This document shows positions 22,754 to 33,450 of a stretch of DNA of 64,000 bases, piece after piece. Origin of the DNA: Callorhinchus milii. Lineage: Eukaryota. The notes beneath the pieces were generated by a model. The model saw only the letters and a list, made by a program, of their open reading frames with translations. It was not told the DNA's origin and searched no databases. The DNA is taken from NCBI RefSeq assembly GCF_018977255.1, contig NW_024704742.1, positions 136,898,001-136,962,000 on the forward strand, in the 5' to 3' direction. Made by a program: the position numbers and the translations under genes. Within the stretch, counting starts at the first letter, position 1. Each line of letters starts with the position of its first letter.

Positions 22754-24351
22754 AACAACAACAACAACAAGATTCCATTTATAAAGCGCCTTTCACGTCA
22801 GGAGGACGTCCCAAGGCGCTGCACAGTTGGGTCATGACCCGAGCAGGGGGGAAATGGTCAGGGTGAGGGGAGGGAAGGGAGGGAGCGAGGAGGGGGGAAA
22901 TGGTCAGGGTGAGGGGAGGGAAGGGAGGGAGCAGGAGGGGGAAATGGTCAGGGTGAGGGGAGGGAAGGGAGGGAGCGAGGAGGAGGAAGAGAGTCGAGAG
23001 GGGAGCTGAAGGCTCGGTCAAAGAGAAAGGTTTTGAGACCGGCCTTGAAGGAGGAAAGGGAGGAAGCGGCGAAGGCACTGGGGGATGGAGTTCCAGAGCC
23101 TGGGGGCTGAGAGGCTGAAGGCCCGACCACCGATAGTAGGGCGATTGGGGCGGGGGACGTGGAGCAGACCGGAGCCAGAGGAACGGAGGGTACGGGCAGG
23201 TAGGTAGGGGGATAGTAGGTTGGAGAGGTAGGAGGGAGCGAGGCCGTGAATGGCCTTGTAGGTGAGGATGAGGATCTTGAAATCAATCCTCTGGGGGATG
23301 GGGAGCCAGTGGAGGCGAGCGAGGGTGGGAGTGATGTGGTCCCGAAGCCTGGTGCGGGACAGTACACGAGCTGCAGAGTTCTGAATGACCTGCAGCTTGT
23401 GGAGGGAGGTGGCGGGAAGGCCGGCGAGGAGAGAGTTCCCATAGTCCAGCCTTGAGGTGACAAAGGCGTGAACCAGGGTTTCAGCAGCGTGAGGGGTGAG
23501 GTAATGGCGTAGTCTGGCGATGTTCCGGAGGTGATGGAAGGCGGTGCCAGTTGTGGTGCGGATGTGAGGGAGAAAGGACAGCTCAGGGTCGAACAAAACG
23601 CCGAGGTTCCTGACTGGCTTTGAGAGGTGGAGAGTGCAGCCTTGGATGCTGATGCTGTCAGCGCCTGAGGTGCGGAGGCGCTGACGTGAGCCAATCAGGA
23701 GGGCCTCGGTTTTTCGCACGTTGAGCTGAAGAAAGTTGTCTCTCGTCCAGGACTCGATGTCGGACAGGCAGCTGTCAGGACATCGGTGGTCGTGGAGTTG
23801 AGAGTAGAGGAGGAAAGGTAGAGTTGGGTGTCATCCGCATACATGTGGAAGTTAACTCCATGTCTGCGGATGATGTCACCGAGGGGGAGCATATAGAGGG
23901 TGAAGAGGAGGGGACCGAGGACAGAGCCCTGAGGGACACCACACGAGACAGTGCGGGGGGTGGAGGAGAAGCCATTCGTCGAGACAAAGTGAAGACGGTG
24001 AGAAAGGTACGACCTAAACCATTCAAGGACAGTGCCTTGAAGGTTGAGGTGGGAGGACAAGCGGTGGAGTAGGATAGCGTGGTCGACCGTATCGAATGCT
24101 GCCGATAGGTCGAGGAGGACGAGGAGACAGAGGGAGCCCTGGTCACAGATGGTCAGGATATCATTGGTGACCTTGACCAGGGCAGTTTCTGTGCTATGGG
24201 CAGCACGGAAACCTGACTGAAGGGGTTCGAAAAGTGAATGGGTGGAAAGGAAAGAGCGCAGTTGGGAGGCGACAACTCTTTCCAAGACCTTGGAGAGAAA
24301 GGGGAGGTTGGAGATGGGCCGGTAGCTTGATAGCTGCAACGCATCAAGGGA
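22754..24351 (-). mobile_element. Young 5'-truncated L2 LINE (reverse transcriptase domain to tail)
   Basis: [63 protein letters not shown]; frameshift near 23770; (GTT)n tail; GCAAC target duplication. Confidence 0.97.
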
Positions 24352-24612
24352 GCAACTCCTCCCTCCATAGACTGCAGATCATCCAGAACACTGAATTAAT
24401 TGAATCATGGCAGAATTAGTGGGGACCAGGATTCATGAGTATTCAGAAAGTATTTGAACTTTGTTCTTCATACTAGTACACTGCATTGGGACTCTTACAA
24501 TCATCAAGAGAGATTGATCATCACATCAGTCTGGGCTCCATTCAAATGCATGTCCCAATGGTGACCCGACAGTCCAGTGACCGAATTCACCAACCAGTTC
24601 TTTGTATCTTAC

Positions 24613-24694
24613 ATTTCCTTTTGCTCGCATTTCTTTTCTGATTCTTTTAGCTCTCAGTCCACATGCCATTTCTATATTCAAGAAGCCCAGTGAC
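24613..24694 (-). CDS. Putative 82-nt exon 2 (SLGFLNIEMACGLRAKRIRKEMRAKGN)
   Basis: T-rich acceptor ending AAAG|G, donor AAT|GTAAGA, only one of three frames open. Confidence 0.3.
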
Positions 24695-25243
24695 CTTTTA
24701 CACAAGTTAAAAAATAAATATTTGTTTACATCTGATATAGAACCTTTCCTATTGGGAGGACATCTCAAGCTTTTCATAGGATATACTGTAAAGTGTAGTG
24801 ACTTTATATTTTTGACACTCGCTGCTTAGTTATTATAGAATGATATTTGCCCACAAAATATACTCAGTTCACTTTACAGTATATTTTGTGAAGCACTTTG
24901 AGGCATCTCAAAGACATGACCGGACGCTATTTCAAATGCAAGGATTATTATTATAAAGGAGTGGGCATAGCCACTGATTTCCCTTGGTGAAAAGGTGCCC
25001 TCATTCCTCTTTTGTCCCTTGCCAAACTGCACAGTTGAGATCAAGACAAACAAGATGATCAAGACGAGCAACCCAATATCTTAGCAATTTACAGCACAGC
25101 ATATTTGCTGTACAAATAATAATAATCCTTGCATTTGATATAGCGCTTTTCACGTCGGGAGGACGTCCCACTTGTACATCTGATTGTGGCCAGTTTAACA
25201 AAGGAAAGAAGGTTTGCCCATTGAACCTAACATTGCACATTGA

Positions 25244-25563
25244 AGTGGTGAGAGCACTCGCTTTGCAAGCAAGCAAGCAAGAGACCTGAGTTCAATCCCA
25301 GGCAGAGGGCGAAACCTTGGGCAAGTTTCCTTCCTCCACACAGAGCCTAATAATAATCCCTCCAAAAAACAAAAACAATAATAAATTGGTCATTTTCAAT
25401 CTACGACTGTTTGTGGGACATTGCTGTGCGCAATTGGCTGCCGCGTTCGCCCACAAATATACAGTCAATTCACTTTACAGTGTGTTCTGTAAAGCGCTTT
25501 GGGACGTCCTCCCGACGTGAAAAGCGCTATATAAAATGCAAGGATTATTATTATTATTATTAT
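25244..25563 (+). mobile_element. tRNA-Ala-derived SINE, young short form, slightly 5'-truncated
   Basis: Matches 19191 and 62715 copies; (AAGC)n slippage in the anticodon arm. Confidence 0.93.
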
Positions 25564-26028
25564 ACTGTCAGCTGTAAAGGCAATTTTCTCACATTATATG
25601 GCTTTTTGCCCAGTCCCAATTAGTATTTCACCCCCAGGGCATCATAATTCAAATTAAAAGCACTGATCCAAGTTCATGCTATGTTTGTTATTGCTGTCGT
25701 ATTTTGTAAAGTAGCAGATTGCTAAAAGTTTTATTAAGATTTGCTCTGCTGATTCAGATTTATTACCTCTTCACAGCAAGAGAAGCTTTCGCAGATGTTA
25801 TACTTGCATCACAGAGTAACCTTTCTTCCTATTTGTATTGCTCCTCGCTGCTAGAACAAGAGGTCTATTAACTGAGATCAGAAGGGGGGGAGATGGGTTA
25901 AGGAGTGTGAGCAGGGAAATGGGTTTGAATCAGGTGCCCTCACTAGGCAGATAGCACCTACCAGGAACTTCCTAGTGGGCAACATAGCTCAGTATAAAAT
26001 ACATGACAGCATTGCCACCATCTTAAGG

Positions 26029-26321
26029 ATAATAATCCTTGCATTTTATATAGCGCTTTTCACGTCTTCTAGACATCTCAAAGCACTTCACAGAATATGC
26101 TATACATTTGTGGGCGAAATACGGCAGCCAATTGCGCACAGCAGTGTCTACAAACAGTCGTGGATTGAAAATGATCAATTTATTTTTTTTTGTTTTGGAG
26201 AGATTATTATTAGGCGTGTGGAGTAAGGAAAGTTGCCCAAGGTTTCGTCCTGCCTGGAATTGAACCCAGGTGTCTCGCTTGCAAGGCGAGTGCTGTACCA
26301 CTTGAGCTACAGGACTCCACA
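26029..26321 (-). mobile_element. tRNA-Ala-derived SINE, short form, TAGAA loop
   Basis: Full-length reverse copy. Confidence 0.92.
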
Positions 26322-26784
26322 ATCTTCCTGTCCATAGCTCAGACACATGCCTTGAGCAATCGTTCCACCAGTTAGACCTGCGGATCTTGAGCAGTAGCTG
26401 CTTACTCTCTGCAAACAATCCAGGTGGATTCGAAGAGCTGGATGTAAGGACATGTGTTCACAAACTCAAACCCCAGGTAGTGCCTTCTAGTAGCTGTCAC
26501 CCCAATCCTCAGAGTTTCATCATCAACAATCTGAAGGTCATCTGCATTCAGTGTGGTGGGAAGACCTTTACAGTACAGGTTGTGATGTGACAGCCAACTT
26601 GATATTCTTGAGGTTCAAGTCTAATGCCAAGCATCAGGTTTACCCAGCATAAGTTGTTTAACCTAGGTCCTCTCGTGGTAAGTAGATGTGCCCACTGTGA
26701 AGCTGTCTCTGCCTCAGTGACAGGTTAGTGTAAGCCGGAGCCTTCCCACTCTGCACCCGCTTCTCATGTTTTCTCACTTCAAAT

Positions 26785-27265
26785 GACATTTTGTCTATCT
26801 GCGAACAGGGCTCCCTTTGCCTCCTCATTCTCTCTGCTGCCTTGGACACCGTTGATCCCTACATCCTCCACCACTGCCTCTCCTGTCACCTCAACCTTCT
26901 ACCTCTCACACTGTCTCTACTTGTTCGCCACAAATGGTTTCTCCTCCAGTCCCCGCATCGACTTGTTCCTCAGGGCTCTGTCCTTGGTCCTCTCCTCTTC
27001 AATATCTATATGCTTCCTCTTGGTGACATCATCCGCAGATATGGGGTCGACTTCCACATGTATGCAGATGACACCCAACTCTATCTCTGTGCCTCCGGCC
27101 TTGACTCCAGGACCACTGCTGTCATGACAGAATGTCTTTCAGACATCAAATCTGAATGATTATTATGAATTATTATTATAAGTCCTGCATGAGAACTAAC
27201 TTTCTTCAGTTCAATGTCAACAATACCGAAGCCCTCCTGATTGGCTCCCGTCAGCACATCCATAC
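26785..27265 (+). mobile_element. L2 RT fragment
   Basis: [24 protein letters not shown]...YADDTQLY. Confidence 0.9.
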
Positions 27266-27269
27266 CATA

Positions 27270-30190
27270 TAACAACAACAACTTGGATTTATATAGCGCC
27301 CTCCATGCCGGAAGGCTCAGAGTGCCTCACAGTGATGGATCTCAGGGCCGAGCCAGCAGGAGGGGGAGGAAGGTGACCAAAGGTGCAGTCGAAAAGAAAG
27401 GTCTTCAGCAGAGAGCTGAAAATAGGAAGAGAGGGGGCGAGGCGAAGGGAGTGAGGAAGGGAGTTCAAGAGCCTCAGGGCATAGTGGCTGAAGGCACGGC
27501 CGCTGAGCGTGGAGCGGATGACTCGGACACAAGGAGGGGGCCAGACCCGGAGGAACGAAGGCAATGGGCACTGTTTTGAGGCAAGAGGAGGTCAGAGAGG
27601 TAGGGGGTGCAGAGGAGTAGAGGGATTTGAAGATAAAGGTGAGGATCCTGAAGTCGATCCTCTCTGGGACAGGCAGCCAGTGCAGTCTGTCAAGGACTGG
27701 GGTAATCGGGGACAGAGTTTGGTGCAGATGAGAATGCGGGCGGCAGAATTTTGAATGATCTGGATTTTGTGGATGGTAATGGAGGGAAGACCAGTGAGGA
27801 GGATGTTAGAATAGTCCAGGTGAGAGGTGACAAAGCATGGACCAGGGTTTCAGCGGCTTTCGGAGAGAGGTATTGGTGGAGACGGGCGATGCATTGAAAG
27901 TGGACAAAAGCGGTTTTGGTGAGGGACCGGATGTGGGGGAAGAAGGATAATTGGGGGTCAAAGCTGACGCCTAGGTTGCATACGGGTTTGGAGCGTTTTA
28001 GAGGGAGGTCAGGTAGGTGGACTAGGTGAGAACCTTGAGATTTTAGACGTTGACGAGAGCCAAAGAATCTGGCTTCCGTCTTGTCAATATTCAGCTGAAG
28101 GAAATTTGCGTTCATTCAACCCCTGAGGTCTGACAGGCAGGCTGACAGAACATCAGGGGATTGGGGGTCGCAAAGTGAGGTGGAAAAATAGAGTTGGGTG
28201 TCGTCCGCATACATGTGGAAATGTACCCCATGTCTGCGGATGACATCCCCAAGATGGATCATGTAGAACAGAAAGAGGAGGGGGCGAAGGATGGAACCTT
28301 GGGGTACCCCGCGGGTAACTGGGTGAGAGCGGGAGGAGAAGCAGTTTGTGCAGATGTACTGCTGGCAGTTTGTGAGGTAGGACGCGAACCAGGCGAGTGC
28401 GGTCCCACTGAGATGGATGAAAGGTGGTGGTGGAGGATGGAGTGATCGACTGTGTCGAACACCGCGGAAAGGTCCAGGAGGACAAGGAGGCAGAGGGATC
28501 CCTGGTTACAGATAGAGAGGATGTCATTTGTGACTTTCACAAGCGCAGTCTCTGTACTGTGGGCAGGGCGGAAACTGTACTGGAGGGTTTCGAAGAGGCA
28601 GTAGGACAAGAGGTGTGCGCGAAGTTGATTGGCACTAGGAATTTTGCGAGGAAGGGCAGGTTAGAAATAGGGCGGTAGTGGCTGGTGTTTGAGGGATCTA
28701 GGGAAGGTTTTTTGAGGAGGGGCTTGAATACAGCAGTTTTGAGGGCGGCAGGGACTGATCCGGAGGAGAGGGACTGGTTGATGACATCACCCAGTAGTGG
28801 GAAGAGGAGGGGGAGCTGGGTGACCAGCACGTTGGTGGGGGGGTGGGGTCGAGGCAGCAGGTAGTGGGTTTCACGGAGGTGATGATGGGTGAGAGGGAGG
28901 AGGAAGGAATGTAGGATGGGGGTGGTGGTAGGAGAAGATAATGAGGATGGTGAGGGGGACAGAGAAGGGGTGGTGGTGGGTGACAAGAGGCAGGTGGATG
29001 AGGCTGCCTGGCGGATGTTGTGAATTTTAGATGAAAGTTTTCCACCATCTGCGCTCGTATTTTGGCGGGGGAGATGGTTGTTGTACCAGGGGGATCGGGT
29101 GGGTTTGGAGATGGTCCTGGATTTTAGGGGGACGAGGGAGTTGAAGGTGGAGGAGAGGCAACCATGGAGCAGCTGGACGGCTGCTTCAGGATCTCCACGG
29201 GTAGAAGGCCAGGGGAATAGGATGTTTGATGATATGAGGGCCTTTGTGAGGGTCTCAGGGAGTAGCTTTTCTAAGGGCGGTAGAGGATGGTTGAGGGCTT
29301 GGTGGGGGAGAGAAGAATATGAGAGGAGAAGGAGATGAGAAGTGGTCCGCGATGCCCTTGTCCACTATGCTGAGGTCGGAAATGTCAAGGCCGTGGGTGA
29401 TAACGAGGTCAAGGGCATGACTACGGTTGGGGCTAGGTGAACTTATGTGAAGGGTGAGGTTTAGGGAGGAGAAGAGGGCAGTGAAATCGGCAGTAGTCCA
29501 AGGGGAGTTTAGGTGGAGGTTGAAATCGCCCATTATGAGCAGGCGCTTGGAGCAGAAGAACAGGGAAGAGAGGAGAGTAGAGATGCTGTGTGGAAGGAGC
29601 TGGGGGCCTTAGGGGACGTGGTAGAAAAGGAAGATTTTCAATGGGAGAGAAGGGTGAAAGAGGATGAGGCTCAAATGGAAGGAAAGCAGCTGGAGGAGTA
29701 GGGGGTAAGACCAAGCGAGGCTTTGGAAATGAGGCCACCCTGCCACCACGTTGGTTTGGACAGGGGTTGTGATGGAAGCTGTAGCCTGGAGGGGAAGCTT
29801 CCACTAGGGGGGGACGGGGTCATTGGGGGAGAGCCAGGTTTCGGTGAGCCCAAGAATGTCAAGCTGCTCGTCCAGGATGAGGTAGTGGCTGGTGAGGGCT
29901 TTGTTTGAGATGGAACGGACATTTTGGAGGGAAATTCGGGTGGATTTGCTGGTGGGAGGAGTGATGCAGAGAGGTTTTTGGGGTGTACAGGAGAGATAGT
30001 TGTGGAGAGTGGTGTGAGTGGAGAGTTGGGGAGGTTATGTATGAGTGAGGGGGATGTTGGGTTTGCCTTAAGGAGGCGGTTTGAGCGGAGGGAGTGAATG
30101 ATGGGACACTTGGGGTTGCTGCTCTGGGACAGCCAGTGCCGGGAGCCACGATGGGCCTGATGGGAGGATGCCCAGGCTGGAGCAGAGGGA
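27270..30190 (-). mobile_element. Degenerate, internally deleted L2 spanning APE endonuclease and RT to tail
   Basis: N-terminal QNVRSISNK...LTETW, GDFNLHLN, LDLVITHG, ADHF (APE); [26 protein letters not shown] (RT); tail ATAAATCCAAG(TTG)n. Confidence 0.9.
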
Positions 30191-30607
30191 ACCTCATGCG
30201 CTCGCCCCCTCCCTTGCATCCTTCAAGACCCATCTCCTTTTTGACCTTGCCTTCGAACACACTCCTTCCCCCGCCCTCCACCGTCCCCAATCCCGAGCTC
30301 CGGTCCAAAACAGTGATTGTCCAGTACCTTGGGACGTCCTCCCGACCTGAAAAGCGCTATATAAATATCATTTTATTGTCACTGAAGGAGTACTGGCTGT
30401 AACTAATAATAATCCTTATATTGGATATGGCACCTTATCGCATTGTTGTGACGTCTCAACGAGCTTCACAGAATATATATTAAAGAATAATCTTGATTTT
30501 GACTTTTGGGCTCTTACCGACATTCTGTGTGTAAATTAATCATTTGGTGGTTTTGGTGTGACTGGGTGAGTGTGTGGGTTTGTGAAGAGTTAGCAAGTGG
30601 AAGTAAG

Positions 30608-30795
30608 TAATAATAATAATAATAATAATCCTTGCACTTGATATAGCGCTTTTCACGTCAGGAGGACGTCCCAAAGCGCTTCACAGAACACACTGTAAAG
30701 TGAATTGACTGTATATTTGTGGGCGAACGCGGCAGCCAATTGCGCACAGCAGTGTCCCAGTCAGCCGTGGTTTGAGTGATCAAAAGTATTATTAT
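30608..30795 (-). mobile_element. tRNA-Ala-derived SINE 3' half
   Basis: Tail, hairpin and Deu-like core in reverse. Confidence 0.85.
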
Positions 30796-31336
30796 TTTTT
30801 TTACATAATTTTTTAAAAAAACAGAATAAAACATTATTATTAGCGATGTTTTTTGTTGTTTACTTTGTTTTCAGTCTTCAAAATATATGAACATATACAT
30901 CCGTGAACCAGTGTCTTGGGACTTTATCCCGACATGAAAAGTGCTATACAAATATAAATGTCATTATTTTGTTGAACGGCCAACATGTCGGACACGGACA
31001 AACGGCTGGAGTCACGCGCCGGCTCCGGACCTGTCACTCACTCCCTTCTAATTGGTACAGAATTTTTGCGCTCATCTTAACCTTCTACAGGTTCTCATGA
31101 AAGATCATTGACCTGAAACATTGACTCACTTTCCTCTCTCCCCAGAGATGCTGTCTGACCTGCTGAGTGTTCCCAGCGACTTGTTTGGATTTCAACTTTC
31201 CACCTATAGATGTGTCTGTCTGTCTATCAGCTGAGCTGCTCTGGGATTTGCCCTTTTGTCACGCTCGGAGGCGCTCTGAGACGCCGTCCAGTGCGGAGGG
31301 CGCTACATAAATCCAAGTTGTTGCTGTTGTCCTCAC

Positions 31337-31440
31337 CACAAGGGAATCTCGGTTGTCATTGTCAACCAGTTCAATCTCTCCCGTTGCCTGGTAATCAGGC
31401 AGCGCGGGGCGCGAAGAAGGGGGAAGGGGCTGTTTAATGA
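31337..31440 (-). promoter_or_regulatory. RFX X-box-like site and putative first exon (ATG 31359, MTTEIPL)
   Basis: GTTGCCTGGTAAT at 31383-31395; local CpGs; donor GTG|GTGAGG with exon end 31337. Confidence 0.3.
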
Positions 31441-31589
31441 ATGATGAGGGAGGGGGTGGGCTGGGGGAGAGAGGGAGGGGAGAAGGGGGGTAATAGATCA
31501 AAGCACCTGCTTTGCCGGTCCTGTCAGCCATCAGCTTTCTGGCTCCCCACCGACATTCTGCGTGTAAATTGGTCCCCTGGAGGTTCTGT

Positions 31590-32575
31590 CGTGGGTGGGA
31601 GAGGGGGTGGGAGTGAGCAGGTTTGTGGAGCGTGAGTGGGTGGGTGGAAGGGTAGGGAGTGAGCAGTGCTGGGAGTAGGTGGGTGGATAGGGTGGGAAGG
31701 GAGTAGATGGGTGGGTGGATGGGTGGGGGAGGGAGGGAGTAGATGGGTGGGTGGATAGGGCAGGTAGGAGTGTGTGTGAGACGGTGGGGTTTGTGTAAGT
31801 GAGTGTATATTAGAGGGTGAGTGTGTGTGTATGAGGCGGTGGAGTTTGTGTGTGAGAGTGTATATGAGAGGGTGGGAGTGTGTGTGAGGCGGTGGGGCTT
31901 GTGTGTGAGAGGGTTTGTATGTGTGGGGCGGTGGGGCTTGTGTGTGGGAGTGTGTGTGAGGCGGTGGGGTTTGTGTGTGAGAGGGTTTGTGTGTGGGAGT
32001 GTGTATATGAGAGGGTGGGAGTGTGTCTGAGGTGGTGGGGTTTGTGTGTGAGAGGGTTTGTGTGTGTGAGGGGTGTATTTGAGAGGGTGGGAGTGTGTGT
32101 GTGAGGCGGTGGGGTTTGTGTGTGAGAGGGTTTGTGTGTGTGAGGGGTGTATATGAGAGGGTGGGAGTGTACGTGAGGCGGTGATGGGGTTTGTGTGTGA
32201 GGCGGTGGGGTTTGTGTGTGAGAGGGTTTGTGTGTGTGGGTGTATATGAGAGGGTGGGAGTGTGTGTGAAGCGGTGCGATTTGTGTGTAAGAGGGTTTGT
32301 GTGTGGGGGAGTGTGTATGAGAGGGTGGGAGTGTGTGTGAAGCGGTGGGGTTTGTGTGTGAGAGGGTTTGTGTGTGTGGGGCGGTGGGGTTTGTGTGTGA
32401 GAGGGTTTGTGTGAGGCGGTGGGGTTTGTGTGTAAGGCGGTGGGGTTTGTGTGTGAGAGGGTTTGTGTGTGGGAGTGTGTATATGAGAGGGTGGGAATGT
32501 GTGTGAGGCGGTGGTGGGGTTTGTGTGCGTAAGTGCGTGTGTGTGTGTGTGAGGGAGAGGGAGTGTGTGGGTGGG
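31590..32575. repeat. GT-rich degenerate minisatellite (GAGGCGGTGGGGTTTGTGTGT / GAGAGGGTTTGTGTGT / ATATGAGAGGGTGGGAGT modules)
   Basis: Three modules repeated in shuffled order ~31770-32570, preceded by a GGGTGG-rich tract. Confidence 0.92.
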
Positions 32576-33450
32576 CTCTCTCCTGACCGATTACGATTGG
32601 CCGGCGGGCACGTCAATCCCGTGAGTCCCTTCAATGATTGGATGAGGAACGGACGGGGGAGGTGGGCGGGGCGGGAGGAGAGGCCCCGCCCCCCGCCCCT
32701 GACTGGCCGGGCTCGCGCTGCCGGCCGGCGAGTTGACGGTTGGTGGGTGGCGCGGGCGGGCGGCGCGCGCCGTGGAAAGTTCGACGGCGGTTGGTCGCGA
32801 GCGGGGAGCGGGAAAGCCGTCCATCAGGGCCGGCGGCCCGGCCCAGCCGAGGCGCCTCCTCAGCGGGCTCCTCCTCCTCCTCCCTCCCCCCTGCCCTCCC
32901 CTCTCTCGGCAAGTTGCGTGATTGGAGTGCCAATTCTCTGGTATTTTTTTTGGCTGTAAAAAAGATTTTTAAAAAATCACCTCCTCCCTCCCTCCCTCCC
33001 TCCATCCCTCCCTCAAGCTCAGCCACAGCTCTAAATAACATGGGTGGGGAGACACATCCGGGCTCCTCGTTCACTGACAGCACCATCAGCAGCAGCACAG
33101 CAGCAGCAACAACAGGAGGGACTGTGGATGATGGGCGAAGAAGAGACGTTAAAGAGCGGAGGGAGGGCGGGAGAGACGCGGAGAGGTGTCTGAAGGAGCG
33201 GAATAGATAACCGGCACCGAGCGAATGCGCGCGGCACCCGGGAGGGCGGGGGACACAACAGGTACTTGGCGGCGCGGCCAGGCGGAAAGTTGGCGGCTCA
33301 CGCGTATTGCGATGAGCAAACTTCTGCTGGTCGGGGGGGGGGGGGAAGCGAAGGGTGTGTGTGGGGAGGGGGTGTGTGGGTGGGTGGGTGTCATGGTTGG
33401 TTTTCTCATTGGGTTTAAGCGACGGTGTGATGCACACCAGGCGCGGACTG
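32576..33450 (+). promoter_or_regulatory. CpG-island promoter and probable first exon of an unidentified plus-strand gene
   Basis: Very high CpG; inverted CCAAT boxes 32596-32600 and 32637-32641; GC boxes 32663-32700; CRE-like CACGTCA; donor CAG|GTACTT with exon end 33261. Confidence 0.75.

Noticed and set aside
24613..24669. MACGLRAKRIRKEMRAK as the LLPH N-terminus (MAKSLRSKWKRKMRAE)
   Set aside because: Short basic low-complexity resemblance only; downstream sequence does not match, so no symbol assigned
24874..25080. Hydrophobic ORF LLVLIILFVLISTVQFGKGQKRNEGTFSP, reminiscent of a Crumbs TM/GTY tail or signal peptide
   Set aside because: Stop immediately upstream, weak acceptor, no ERLI end, runs into a SINE tail
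31810..32634. 274-aa His/Thr/Pro-rich ORF
   Set aside because: Antisense translation of the GT-rich minisatellite
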